NCBI GenBank assembly: GCA_027021705.1
Contig: JALUTT010000040.1
Coordinates: 1-58,389 of the forward strand
DNA: 58,389 bases
Origin: Anaerolineae bacterium
Lineage (GTDB): Bacteria > Chloroflexota > Anaerolineae > S140-20
Direction of reading: 5' to 3'
Numbering within the stretch: position 1 is the stretch's first letter; the number at the start of each line of letters is the position of its first letter. This document shows, in pieces, positions 1 through 9,566 of the stretch. The translations under genes were made by a program, and so were the position numbers. The notes under the pieces were generated by a model. It ran no database searches, was not told where the DNA came from, and saw nothing but the letters and a program-made list of their open reading frames with translations.

Positions 1-1310
1 ACCCCCACCACCAGCAGGGGATAGACGGGCATCAGGAAACGGGCTCCCCACTGCGGTCCCCCGCTGCTGGGCGTCGTCACGAGCACGAAGGCGGTGAAGA
101 GCCCCCCGATGAGGGCGAGCAACCGCACCCGGGCACGCCTCTCCCCCGAAGCCGCCGCCACCGACGCGGCCTGGGGTTCCGGGGCAAGCCCCAGGAAGAG
201 CAGGAAGAGCAGAAGGGGAAAGGATTGGACCAGGTTACGGGCAAACCAGTGCTCCCACACGCCCATCAGGACGACCCCCATCGTGCCCAGGGAAGCGGCG
301 CCGGCCAGCAGCAGCGTAAGCGCCCGCCGCCAGCCCGGAATCCGGCCCGCCAGCAGGCGGAGGAGCACCAGCCCCGCCACCAGCGCCGTCCAGCTCCGAC
401 TGGTGGTCCAGGGCACCAGGAGCTTGGTCGCCACCACCGACCTCAGCGCCCACAGGGCCAGGGGGTGCATATTGACCTTGCGGGCCACCTGGCCGTTGAC
501 CTGGGGCACCACGGCGTTCTGCAGATGAGGCCCCAGGGGGCTGCCAAAGACCCACTCCTGGAAGGCCCCGATGGGGAGCAGAACCAGCGCCAGCCCCGCC
601 CCATAGGCCAGTCCATAGGCCGCCAACCGGCGCGGTCGCCTCCGCTCGGCCCAGAGGATGGCCAGTCCGCAGGCCGGGATCAGGGCATAGGTCTCCGCCC
701 GGAACCAGGCGGCAAGCCCCAGAACCAAGCCGGCCCCCAACAGCCAGCGGGTCCGGCCCCGGATCAACGCCTCGACGACCCCCCAGAGGCCCAGGACGGC
801 CAGGAAGACGGCCGGCGTGTGCTCCCAGAGGTCCACGCTGTAGAAGAGCAACGGGCTCAGCACCCCCACCAGCAGCGGGGCCAGCGGGGCCGTCCGGGGA
901 GCGACCCGCCGGCTCAGGCGGTAGGTGACGACCATCGTCCCCAGGGTCGCCAGCATCGGCAGCAGGTAGAGGCCGTAGAAGCCCAGCAGGCCGTAGAAGA
1001 GGCCGGTGATCACCACGAAGGGGACCGAGTAGACGCCGTAGACCCGCCCGGTCTCCCCATCTCGGTAGAAGAACGAGGTGTTGAAGGGGGAGAAGACATG
1101 GGAAGGGTCCAGGGCTTCACCGGGATCATCCACCCACAGCCCTTGCCAGCGATGGGCCACCAGGTTGCGTACCTGGAGGAACTTCACGCCGGGGTCGCTG
1201 TCGAAAAAGGCGTGGGAGGGGAGGACGGCGACGACAAGCACCAGATAGAGGAGCAGGGCCAGGCCCAGGCTCCCCTTCACGATCTGCCCCTCCGTCGGTC
1301 GCCACCCCAT
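1..1310 (-). CDS. Polytopic membrane protein, GT-C fold glycosyltransferase-like (3' end runs off window)
   Basis: Not in the ORF track because it has no stop in the window. I translated the two ends by hand: ATG 1310 after GGAGG gives MGWRPTEGQIVKGSLGLALLLYLVLVVAVLPSHAFFDSDPGVKFLQ..., and the distal part reads GGPQWGARFLMPVYP. Many hydrophobic segments. Confidence 0.7.
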   Translation of the reverse strand, partial: MGWRPTEGQIVKGSLGLALLLYLVLVVAVLPSHAFFDSDPGVKFLQVRNLVAHRWQGLWVDDPGEALDPSHVFSPFNTSFFYRDGETGRVYGVYSVPFVVITGLFYGLLGFYGLYLLPMLATLGTMVVTYRLSRRVAPRTAPLAPLLVGVLSPLLFYSVDLWEHTPAVFLAVLGLWGVVEALIRGRTRWLLGAGLVLGLAAWFRAETYALIPACGLAILWAERRRPRRLAAYGLAYGAGLALVLLPIGAFQEWVFGSPLGPHLQNAVVPQVNGQVARKVNMHPLALWALRSVVATKLLVPWTTSRSWTALVAGLVLLRLLAGRIPGWRRALTLLLAGAASLGTMGVVLMGVWEHWFARNLVQSFPLLLFLLFLGLAPEPQAASVAAASGERRARVRLLALIGGLFTAFVLVTTPSSGGPQWGARFLMPVYPLLVVG

Positions 1311-1320
1311 GCCTCCCACC

Positions 1321-1947
1321 TCACCGCTCCCACTTCTTCACCTTGCCGGCGATGCGGGCCGGGTTGCCGTAGACCAGCGAGTTGGGGGGCACATCCCGGC
1401 GTACCACGGAGCCGGCCCCGATGACGCAGTTGTCGCCGATGGTCACGCCCCGCATAATGATCGAGTAGGGGCCGATCCAGACATCGTTGCCGATGGTGAT
1501 GGGGGCCTCGACCTCCACCTCGCCCGTGTGCTCCAGCCACAGCCGGTGGCCGATGGAGTCGAAGATGCTGCAGTTCCAACTGATCATCGTCCGGGCCCCG
1601 ATGCTCACCCGGGTCGCACACATAATCGTCGTGTTCGGCCCGACGATGACCCGGGAGCCCAGCGTCAGGTGGCCTCCGCAGACGATCTTGGCCCCCATCG
1701 CCAGCCGGACGCCCCGCCCCACCTCGATGCGCCCCCCCTTCCACTTCAGGACCTGCACCTTGCGCTCGACAATGAAGAGATCCCGCGAATCGAACTGATA
1801 CCACCGCAACAGACGGCGCAGCACCCCCAGCGACGCGATCACCTTGTCGCGCAGCGGGTAGCGCCGGAACTGGGCCCAGAAGTGGGCGTAGTCAGGGCTC
1901 TCGGCAGCTACCTCACCGATCTCCGGGACAAGCTCTGTCTCTGTCAT
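1321..1947 (-). CDS. Hexapeptide-repeat (LbH) O-acyltransferase
   Basis: PITIGNDVWIGPYSIIMRGVTIGDNCVIGAGSVVRRDVP..YGNPAR motif; start chosen at MTETEL after GGAGGAGG. Confidence 0.9.
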   Translation of the reverse strand: MTETELVPEIGEVAAESPDYAHFWAQFRRYPLRDKVIASLGVLRRLLRWYQFDSRDLFIVERKVQVLKWKGGRIEVGRGVRLAMGAKIVCGGHLTLGSRVIVGPNTTIMCATRVSIGARTMISWNCSIFDSIGHRLWLEHTGEVEVEAPITIGNDVWIGPYSIIMRGVTIGDNCVIGAGSVVRRDVPPNSLVYGNPARIAGKVKKWER

Positions 1948-2034
1948 CCGATACCTGCCTCCTCCCAATCTCCCTCGTTGCTTTGCGATCCGCCTGTCCA
2001 CCGGATACACCGTCCGGCGGGAGGCGGAGACAGG

Positions 2035-3234
2035 TCATCCCCCCGCCGCAGCGCGGAGGTGCTCCTCCAGGGCCGCCACCGCCCGATCCCATCCCCACCG
2101 TTCGCACACGTACCGTCGGCCCTGCTCTCCCATCTGCCGGGCCAGCCCGGGGTCGTCCAGCAAGCGCCGGATCGCCTGGGCCAGGGCCTCGGGCCGGCGC
2201 TCCACCAGCAGGCCCGTCTCCCCGTGGCGCACCGTCTCCGGCACGCCCCCCTCCCGCACGCCGACGACCGGCGTCCCGCAGGCCATCGCCTCCAGGGGAA
2301 CCAGCCCCAGCGGCTCCCGCACAGGGGCATAGGCCACCAGCGCGGCCCGGTTGTAGGCCGCCACCAGCTCCCCGTTGCTCACCCCTGTACGAAAGGTGAC
2401 CGACACCCCCCGCTCCGCCGCCAGGGCCTCCAGGTAGGCCCGCTCCTGGGGCTCGGCGTAGTTGCTGACGATGACCAGCGGGGGCCGGCCCCTCCTATCC
2501 ATTCGGGCGATCCCCTCGATGAGGAAATCGAACCCTTTGTTGGGGGTCAGCGCCCCCACCGAGAGGACCGTGCCGTCGCGCGGCAGGTCCAGAGGCCGGA
2601 ACCGCTCCGTGTCCACGCCGTGGGGGCAGACCCGGCTCTCCACGCCGTAGATCCGGCGCACGTTCTCCTGGGTGAAACGGGAGTTGACCAGCACCCGGTC
2701 GGCGCTGCGCAGGCTGACGTGGTCGGCGCGGCGCAAGGCGACGCGGTAGACCCGCAGCAAAGGGTCCACACCGTCCAGCAGACGACGCCCGGTTGAGGGC
2801 CTCCGGTAGGGGCGGGGCACCGGCGGCTCGTAGAGCTTGCGCAGGGGCTCGTGGCAGTAGTAGACCGTCGGCGTGCGCAGGAAGGTCAGGACCAGCGGGC
2901 TCTGGGTGTACTGGCAGGGGTGGACCAACACCACATCGTACCCGGCGGCGTCAATCTCGGCGGCGATGCGCCGGGAGAGCCGACGGAGGCGCGCCAGGTC
3001 CAGCAGGCGCACCCCCTGGTTCAGCCGACCGAAGGGGCTTCGGAAGAGCGGGCCTGGATGAAAGGGGTAGATGGTGCTGCGGTGGACGAAGGAGCTCAGG
3101 TCGCCGAAGCGGTGGTCGGCACTGCTCAGGCTGAAGAGGTCTAGGTGGTGGCGCGGACTCAACCGCCGTACCTCTTCAAAGAGGGTGCGCTTTGCCCCGC
3201 CGGAGTGAAGATTGTGGTAGACGGCGATGCGCAT
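2035..3234 (-). CDS. Glycosyltransferase family 4
   Basis: MRIAVYHNLHSGGA N-terminus; EPLGLVPLEAMACGTPVV (EX7E) motif. Confidence 0.93.
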   Translation of the reverse strand: MRIAVYHNLHSGGAKRTLFEEVRRLSPRHHLDLFSLSSADHRFGDLSSFVHRSTIYPFHPGPLFRSPFGRLNQGVRLLDLARLRRLSRRIAAEIDAAGYDVVLVHPCQYTQSPLVLTFLRTPTVYYCHEPLRKLYEPPVPRPYRRPSTGRRLLDGVDPLLRVYRVALRRADHVSLRSADRVLVNSRFTQENVRRIYGVESRVCPHGVDTERFRPLDLPRDGTVLSVGALTPNKGFDFLIEGIARMDRRGRPPLVIVSNYAEPQERAYLEALAAERGVSVTFRTGVSNGELVAAYNRAALVAYAPVREPLGLVPLEAMACGTPVVGVREGGVPETVRHGETGLLVERRPEALAQAIRRLLDDPGLARQMGEQGRRYVCERWGWDRAVAALEEHLRAAAGG

Positions 3235-4400
3235 TACGCCAGCCCCTCCAGGAAGTCCCGATAGCTCTGGGCTGCCTGCTCCCAGGTGTGGAAACGGGCG
3301 ATGTAGCGGCGAGCGGCCTCGCCCATCTGTCGGCGCAACGCCTCATCCTGGGCCAGGCGCAGCAGCCCCTCGCGGATCTGGGCGACCTCCTGCGGCCCCG
3401 GCGAGACCTTGAGGGCACAGGAGTCGGGCAGCTCCGCCAGGGACCCGGCATCGGTCACCAGGATGGGCTTCCCGTACCCCAGCAGGCGCAGGGCCGTGGA
3501 AGAGGTCTCCCCCTCCGAAGGGTAGCGCAGGTTCACGCCGATGTCGGTCACGGCCAGGTACCGGTGAAAGGTCTCGTCGTCCACCTGGCCCGTCGCCACC
3601 ACGTGGTCGGCCACCCCCAGCCGCTCCGCCATCTCCTGCACGTCCAGGTCGAAGACCCGACCGACCAAGACGTAGACGGTCCGGGGGAACGCCCGGACGA
3701 CCGCCGGCAGCGCCTGGAGCACCTGGGGGATGCGCTTGCGAGCCGCCACAACACCAAAGGAGGCGATCACCGGCCAGCGGTCGGCCAGGCCCAGGGTCTG
3801 GCGCAAGCTCTCCCGGTCGAAGGGCCGGGGTGGGGGCACACCCCGCCGCACCGTCTGCACGGGCAGGTGGGGATAGCAGGCCCGCAACTGCTGCGCCGCG
3901 TCCCGGTTGTGGACGATGACCCCCCGGCTCCGCCGGACCGCCCGGCGGTTCATCGGCAACCGGGTCCAGCGCTTCACCCCCCGGCGGAGCACGAAGATGT
4001 CCATCCCCACCCGCAGGGCGGTGCCCGGCCCTTCGTTCAACCAGACGTGGCGCAGGAAGTCGAGGCGCTGCCCCCGGGCCAGCGTCTGGCTCCCGATGAT
4101 GCCCACCAGCGTGATCTCGTGCATCACCGCCACACCGCCCAACCGCATCAGGAGGTCGTAGACGGGCGCGTGTTGGAAGTTGTTGCGCAGGTGGAAGACG
4201 AGGTGGCTGTACCGATGGCGTCGGGAAGGCAGGTCGTCGTACCCCCGGATGGGGAAGGCCTCGGCGATCTCCGGGGCCAACGCCTCCCGCTGGGTATCGG
4301 TCACGACCTCGACCTCGTAGTAACGGGCCAGGTGGGGCAACAGCTCTCGCCCGTAGACGTTCAGTCCGACAACAGGTTCGACGTAGGCCAGCCGCTCCAT
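3234..4400 (-). CDS. Glycosyltransferase family 4
   Basis: GT-B features: FGVVAARKRI, NLRYPSEGETS, GKPILVTDAG; stop overlaps the start of the next GT. Confidence 0.9.
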   Translation of the reverse strand: MERLAYVEPVVGLNVYGRELLPHLARYYEVEVVTDTQREALAPEIAEAFPIRGYDDLPSRRHRYSHLVFHLRNNFQHAPVYDLLMRLGGVAVMHEITLVGIIGSQTLARGQRLDFLRHVWLNEGPGTALRVGMDIFVLRRGVKRWTRLPMNRRAVRRSRGVIVHNRDAAQQLRACYPHLPVQTVRRGVPPPRPFDRESLRQTLGLADRWPVIASFGVVAARKRIPQVLQALPAVVRAFPRTVYVLVGRVFDLDVQEMAERLGVADHVVATGQVDDETFHRYLAVTDIGVNLRYPSEGETSSTALRLLGYGKPILVTDAGSLAELPDSCALKVSPGPQEVAQIREGLLRLAQDEALRRQMGEAARRYIARFHTWEQAAQSYRDFLEGLA

Positions 4401-4482
4401 ACCCGCTACGTTCCTTCTGCAGATGCTCTCACCAGCCGTGAGGACCCGGTACGCGGCACCCTTATGCCCATCTTTCGGAGAC

Positions 4483-4536
4483 AGTATAGCACGACCCTGT
4501 TTAAAGGGGGTCTAAGGGGGGTTAGAAGAGGATTAG
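4483..4536 (-). promoter_or_regulatory. Promoter (-10 TATACT) with four ~11-bp-spaced CTAA-like direct repeats
   Basis: AGTATA at 4483-4488; + strand TTAA 4501, CTAA 4512, TTAG 4522, TTAG 4533. Confidence 0.55.
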
Positions 4537-4569
4537 AATCTCAAGGGCGGAGAGGGTGTAGAACGGCGA

Positions 4570-4610
4570 GGAGCCCTCCAGGGCCGGAGAGCAGCCGCCC
4601 GGAGGGCTCC
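4570..4610. terminator. GC-rich hairpin downstream of the PKD surface-protein gene
   Basis: GGAGCCCTCC...GGAGGGCTCC perfect 10-bp inverted repeat; only a weak U-tract. Confidence 0.55.
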
Positions 4611-4632
4611 CCTAAGCAGGGCTACCCGATGG

Positions 4633-7600
4633 CTAATTCTGGCGCATCACGGCCGGCAGGTAGACCGTGTACCAGATGTCAATGGTCGCCTCCCCCCGTC
4701 CCGACCCGTTGGGGTCGCTGACGACGACCCGCCGCCCCGGCCCGCCGGCCGTGAGGGTCAACCAGCCTTGCCAGACGCCGCCGGCCAGCGTCACGTTGGT
4801 CGGCGTGATCGTGCCGCCGTCGGGGGTGGTCAGGCTGACCGGACCGCTGAAGCCGGTCAATAGGACACCGCTGTTGTCCAAGGCCCGGACGGTGGCGGTG
4901 AAGGGCTGGCCCACGTACCCCTTAGAGGGAAGCAAGACCTCGAAGGCGGCGGGGGACTCGGACCCACCGGCCGAGACCGTCACCGTCGTCTGATCGTACC
5001 CTATGCCGCCGTCGTCGTCCTCCACCCGCAGCGTGACGGTGTAGACCCCCGGCACAGTGCTGCTGAAGGGGACCGACGGCCCCTTGGCCTCGAAGCGGGG
5101 ATCGCCATCCTGGACGCCCATCGTCCAGTCGTTGTTCAGGTCCCAGGAGAAGGCCAGGGTATCGGAGGGCACATCGGTCGCGCTGCCGGTCAGCGTGATC
5201 ACCTCGCCGACGGTGGTGTAGTAGGGACCGCCCGCCTCCGCCACGGGGGCCACGTTGGTGATGCTCACCGTCACCAGGTCCACAGACCAGGCCCCGTTGT
5301 CATCGGTCACCCGCAGCGCCACCGTGTAGGTGCCGTTGTCCCCCCAGGTGTGGGTGGCGGTGATCCCCATCGCATCGGCGACGAAGGTGCCCGTGTAGTC
5401 CCAATCCCACTCGTAGCTCACGATGTCGCCGCCGGGATCGGTGGACGCGGAGCCATCCACCGTCAGCGCTACCCCCTCGGAGCCGCTGTAAGGGCCGCCA
5501 CCCTTCGCCGTCGGCGGGGTGTTGCCGATGTAGACCAGCCCCGTCACGATGTCCCAGGCTCCATCGTCATCGCTCACCCGTAGCGCCACGGTGTAGGTCC
5601 CGCTGACCGGCCAGGCGTGGGTGGTCGTCGCCCCGGTGGCATCGGCGACGAAGGTGCCCGTGTAGTCCCAGTCCCACTCGTAGCTCACGATGTCGTTGCC
5701 CGGATCGGTGGAGAAGGAGCCGTCGAAGAGGATGGTCTCGTTCTCGGCGGCGGAGTGGGGTGAGCCGGTGATGACCGCCGTGGGGGTGACGTTGCGCACC
5801 GTGACCAGCAGAGCGTCCTGCCCCACCCCGCCGTCGTCGTCGGTCACCACCAGGGTGACGGTGAAGGTGCCATCGGTCGGGTAGAGGTGGGTGGGGGTCA
5901 GGACCCCGGTGGCCGTCCCTCCGTCGCCAAAGGACCAGCCGATGGTGTGGGTATCGGCGGTGCCCGGATCGGTGAAGGTCCCGGTGAAGGCGACCGTCGT
6001 TCCCTCATCCACCACCCGATCCGCCCCGGCATCCACCGTGGGGACCACGTTGCTCACCGTGACCGTCGCCGTGACGACGCCGCTCGAACCGCCATCGTCG
6101 TCGGTCACCCGCAGGGCGACGGTGTAGACCCCGTTGTCCGGGTAGATGTGGGTGGCGGTGACCCCCGTGGTGTCGGTGACGAAGCTGCCGCCGTAGTCGA
6201 AGTCCCAGGCGTAGGTCAGGGTATCGGCCGGCACATCGGTGGCACTGCCGCTGAAGGCGATGGCGCTGCCCTCATCGCCGCTGTAGGGTCCACCCGCGCT
6301 CGCGTTGGCCGGCGGCAGGTTGTTGACGGTCACCACCGTGGTGCCGGTGGACTGCCCACCATCCTCGTCGCCGACCCGGACCGCCACCGTGAAGGGGCCA
6401 CCGGTGTCGTCGCCGAAGGTGCACTGGGCCGCGTTGCCGGCCTGGGGACCGACCTCGTAGCTGCCGTCGTTGTTGCAGTCGAACTCGTAGCTCAGCGTGT
6501 CGGAGGCCACGTCGGAAGCGGTCACGGTGACGGTGACGGGATTGCCCTCGTCCACCGGCCCGCCGTTGACCACGCTGCTGATCACCGGGGCCAGGTTGTT
6601 GACCGTCACCGTCTGGGTCACCAGGTCGGTGGCTCCGTCGTTGTCGGTCACCCGAAGAGCAACGGTGTAGGTCCCGTCGTCCGGGTAGGTGTGGGTAGCG
6701 GTGACCCCCGTGGTGTCGGTGACGAAGCTGCCGCTGTAGCCGAAGTCCCAGGCATAGCTCAGTGGGTCTCCGTTGGGATCGCTGGAGCCGCTGCCGTCGA
6801 AGGTGAGGGACTGACCCTCGTCGCCACTGGTGGGGCCGCTGATGACGGCTGTGGGGGCAACGTTGACCACCGTGATGGAGGCCGTGCCGCTGACCCCCTG
6901 GGCGGTGGCGACGACGGTGTCGGTGTAGACGCCATCGGCGTTGCCGGCCGTGAAGCGGCCTTGAGCGTCAACGGTCCCGCCGCCGCTGACCACGCTCCAG
7001 GTGTAGGTGATGCCGCTGATGGGGTTGCCGTACTGGTCGTACCCCTGGGCGGTGAAGGTGTAGCTCTGCCCCGGCTGGAGGGTGGCCGCGCCGGGGCTGA
7101 CGACGACGCTGGCCAGCACGTCCGGCGTGACGGTGATGATGCCGGTGGTGTCGGTGACGGCGCTGCCAACCCGGGCGACGATCCGGCCCGTCCCGGCCCG
7201 GGTGACGGTGAAGGTGGTGCTGATCCCACCGCTAGGCGTCAGGTGGCCGGCCAGCACCCCGGTCCCGCTCCAGGCCGCGTTCACCGTCCCCAGCCGGCTT
7301 GTGCCGGAGTAGGCGATGGCGTAGACGGGGGTGAAGGGATGGCCGGCGGTGATGACGGCGCCGGCGACCTCGCTGCCTCCGCTGGCCGCGTCCTCGATGC
7401 GCACAGCGGTGATGGACGGGTCGTTGACGTAGAGGGTCGCCGTGCCCGTCAGCCCGCCCCAGGTGGAGGTGATGGTCCAGGTGCCGGGGTTCTGGCTGGT
7501 GTAGACGTTCCCGCTCCAGACCCCGCCGGCGGCGGCCGGGCTGGTGTAGGCCGCGTTGGCCGTCACTTCCCAGGAGCCAAAGCGGTTGTGAGCCCAGGTG

Positions 7601-9300
7601 GCGTAGGTGACGGTCTCGCCAGCCAGGACGGCCTCGGGGTCGGGGGTCAGGCTCAGGGAGGAAGCCGCATCGCCGAAGATGCCGTAGGCGATGCCGGCAT
7701 CGGTGATGACCTCGGTGCCGCTGACGAAGTCGTACCCCAGCGCCCCAATCAGCAGGTCGGCCACCCCATCCCCGTTGAGGTCGCCCGCCGAGGTGGAGCG
7801 GCCGGCCTCGTCGCCGATGGTCAGTTCGCTGGAGCTCCCGGTGTACTGACAGGCCCCGTTGCACCCATCCTCCCCGATGACGGTGAGGTCCGCCTGGGTC
7901 GTGGCCAGGTCTACTGTGATCCCCAGGGTTGGCCCGCCGTAGAAGAGGTAGGCCTTGCCCGTGTCCGTGATGGTGGCGCTGCGGTCGGCGCGGGAGGCCC
8001 CGAGGAGCAGATCGTCGTAGCCGTCGCCGTTGAAGTCGCCGCTGGTCACGGAGCGCCCCAGCCGGTCGCCGGCCGCCGCCCCGTAGATGGTCACATCGGC
8101 CTCCACGGAGAGGTAGCGGGTTCCCGTCAGGCCGGCGCTGCCGTAGACGACATAGGCCTCGCCCGCCTCGTCCCGCCCGAAGGGATCGGCCTGATAGGCG
8201 GTGATCAGCAGGTCGTCGTAGCCATCGTTGTTGAGGTCGCCGCTGCTCACGTAGAAGCCGGCCTGATCTTCCTTATCTATGCCGATCAGCGTCAGGTCGG
8301 CGCTGCTCACGCTCAGGTCCACCGTCGTCGGCGCCGTCCAGGTGATGCTGCTCCCGCCGTAGAGGACGTAGGTCTTGCCGGTGTTCGTGATGGTCGCGGT
8401 GCGGTCGGCTTGATAAGCCCCAATGATGATGTCACCGTAGCCGTCGTTGTTGACATCGCCGCTGGCGACGGAGCGGCCCAGCCGGTCGCCGTCATCGTCG
8501 CCCAGGATGGTCAGGTCGGCGTTGGTGATGGTCAGGTCGAAGGTGATGGGCGTGCCGCGCGTGAAGGTTGCCCGGCCCAGGATGACGTAGACGGCGCCGG
8601 CGTCATCCCGAGCACCCGGATCCGCCCGATAAGCCCCGATGATGATGTCGTCGTAGCCGTCGTTGTTGACGTCGCCGCTGGCCACGGAACGACCCAGCCG
8701 CCCGTAGGCGAACTCGCCCAGCACTGTAATGTCGGCCACGTCATAGCGCAGGTCGGTGACCGTCACAGGGAAGGAGCCGTTGTGGCCCAGGAAGACGTAG
8801 ACGGCGCCCACGTCGTACTGCCCCCCGTGGTTGACGCCATCGGCCCCGATGATGAGATCGTCGTAGCCGTCGTTGTTGACGTCCCCGGCAGCCAGGGCGT
8901 GGCCCAGGAGATCACCGAGGTGATTCGCCCCCCCACCGGCAGCCCCGTAAATGGTCCACAGGGCATCGTTGGCCGTCATCGCACCGGAGAGGGCAGCGGT
9001 GCTGGTCATCACGTAGACGGCGCCGGCATCGGCCCGACCGTTGTAGTCCACGCCGGCCGCGCCCAGGATCAGGTCATCGTAGCCATCGCCGTTGATGTCG
9101 CCGGCGGCCGTCATCTGGCCCAGCCACCCCCGGAGGCTCACACCGATCACCCGCAGGTCCTCCTCGCCCTGGCGCGGGTCTATCGTCCCCCCCTCGGCGA
9201 AGGCGACCGTCACCAGGACGAAGCCGAACAGGGCCAGCAGACAGGGAACTGCCAACAACACCACCCGTCGAGCATGGGAAACCAAGACGCCATCCTTCAT
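4633..9300 (-). CDS. Large secreted protein: FG-GAP (integrin-alpha-like) propeller, Ig-like and multiple PKD domains, C-terminal VYLPAVMR motif
   Basis: Signal peptide; repeated GDVNNDGYDD..IGA motifs; repeated YAWDF..THTYPDDGTYTVALRVTD PKD units. Confidence 0.92.
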   Translation of the reverse strand: MKDGVLVSHARRVVLLAVPCLLALFGFVLVTVAFAEGGTIDPRQGEEDLRVIGVSLRGWLGQMTAAGDINGDGYDDLILGAAGVDYNGRADAGAVYVMTSTAALSGAMTANDALWTIYGAAGGGANHLGDLLGHALAAGDVNNDGYDDLIIGADGVNHGGQYDVGAVYVFLGHNGSFPVTVTDLRYDVADITVLGEFAYGRLGRSVASGDVNNDGYDDIIIGAYRADPGARDDAGAVYVILGRATFTRGTPITFDLTITNADLTILGDDDGDRLGRSVASGDVNNDGYGDIIIGAYQADRTATITNTGKTYVLYGGSSITWTAPTTVDLSVSSADLTLIGIDKEDQAGFYVSSGDLNNDGYDDLLITAYQADPFGRDEAGEAYVVYGSAGLTGTRYLSVEADVTIYGAAAGDRLGRSVTSGDFNGDGYDDLLLGASRADRSATITDTGKAYLFYGGPTLGITVDLATTQADLTVIGEDGCNGACQYTGSSSELTIGDEAGRSTSAGDLNGDGVADLLIGALGYDFVSGTEVITDAGIAYGIFGDAASSLSLTPDPEAVLAGETVTYATWAHNRFGSWEVTANAAYTSPAAAGGVWSGNVYTSQNPGTWTITSTWGGLTGTATLYVNDPSITAVRIEDAASGGSEVAGAVITAGHPFTPVYAIAYSGTSRLGTVNAAWSGTGVLAGHLTPSGGISTTFTVTRAGTGRIVARVGSAVTDTTGIITVTPDVLASVVVSPGAATLQPGQSYTFTAQGYDQYGNPISGITYTWSVVSGGGTVDAQGRFTAGNADGVYTDTVVATAQGVSGTASITVVNVAPTAVISGPTSGDEGQSLTFDGSGSSDPNGDPLSYAWDFGYSGSFVTDTTGVTATHTYPDDGTYTVALRVTDNDGATDLVTQTVTVNNLAPVISSVVNGGPVDEGNPVTVTVTASDVASDTLSYEFDCNNDGSYEVGPQAGNAAQCTFGDDTGGPFTVAVRVGDEDGGQSTGTTVVTVNNLPPANASAGGPYSGDEGSAIAFSGSATDVPADTLTYAWDFDYGGSFVTDTTGVTATHIYPDNGVYTVALRVTDDDGGSSGVVTATVTVSNVVPTVDAGADRVVDEGTTVAFTGTFTDPGTADTHTIGWSFGDGGTATGVLTPTHLYPTDGTFTVTLVVTDDDGGVGQDALLVTVRNVTPTAVITGSPHSAAENETILFDGSFSTDPGNDIVSYEWDWDYTGTFVADATGATTTHAWPVSGTYTVALRVSDDDGAWDIVTGLVYIGNTPPTAKGGGPYSGSEGVALTVDGSASTDPGGDIVSYEWDWDYTGTFVADAMGITATHTWGDNGTYTVALRVTDDNGAWSVDLVTVSITNVAPVAEAGGPYYTTVGEVITLTGSATDVPSDTLAFSWDLNNDWTMGVQDGDPRFEAKGPSVPFSSTVPGVYTVTLRVEDDDGGIGYDQTTVTVSAGGSESPAAFEVLLPSKGYVGQPFTATVRALDNSGVLLTGFSGPVSLTTPDGGTITPTNVTLAGGVWQGWLTLTAGGPGRRVVVSDPNGSGRGEATIDIWYTVYLPAVMRQN

Positions 9301-9501
9301 CTGCTCTCTCCTGGGATCACCACAACATCCCACCTTCTCCTCAAGGCTCCCGGTAGATCCGGGAGTCCGCTACACCTGCCAGTCCTGGGACGGCTGTTGT
9401 GGAGTCGAGCTTTGGACTCGATCTCCACCGATGGCCTCGCAACCCGCCCGCCTCGTAAACTCAGAAGCACAGGAAAAGAGCCTGACGCGGGCTCCCTTTG
9501 A

Positions 9502-9566
9502 ATTATCCCCCGAAAAGGTAAAAATGGAATTAAATTCTGGTAGGAAAGGGTTTAGAGTTCGGTTAG
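9502..9566 (-). promoter_or_regulatory. Promoter (-10 GATAAT) with five ~11-bp-spaced CTAA-like repeats
   Basis: ATTATC at 9502-9507; + strand GTAA 9518, TTAA 9530, GTAG 9540, TTAG 9552, TTAG 9563. Confidence 0.5.

Noticed and set aside
4633..6900. Near-duplicate PKD segments as DGR template and variable repeats
   Set aside because: Both copies are in-frame domain duplications, differences are not confined to adenines, and there is no reverse transcriptase in the window.
5887..9501. 1204-aa plus-strand ORF and other long antisense ORFs (e.g. 21155-23266, 43976-45481)
   Set aside because: These are shadow frames opposite well-supported genes in GC-rich DNA and have no recognisable motifs.
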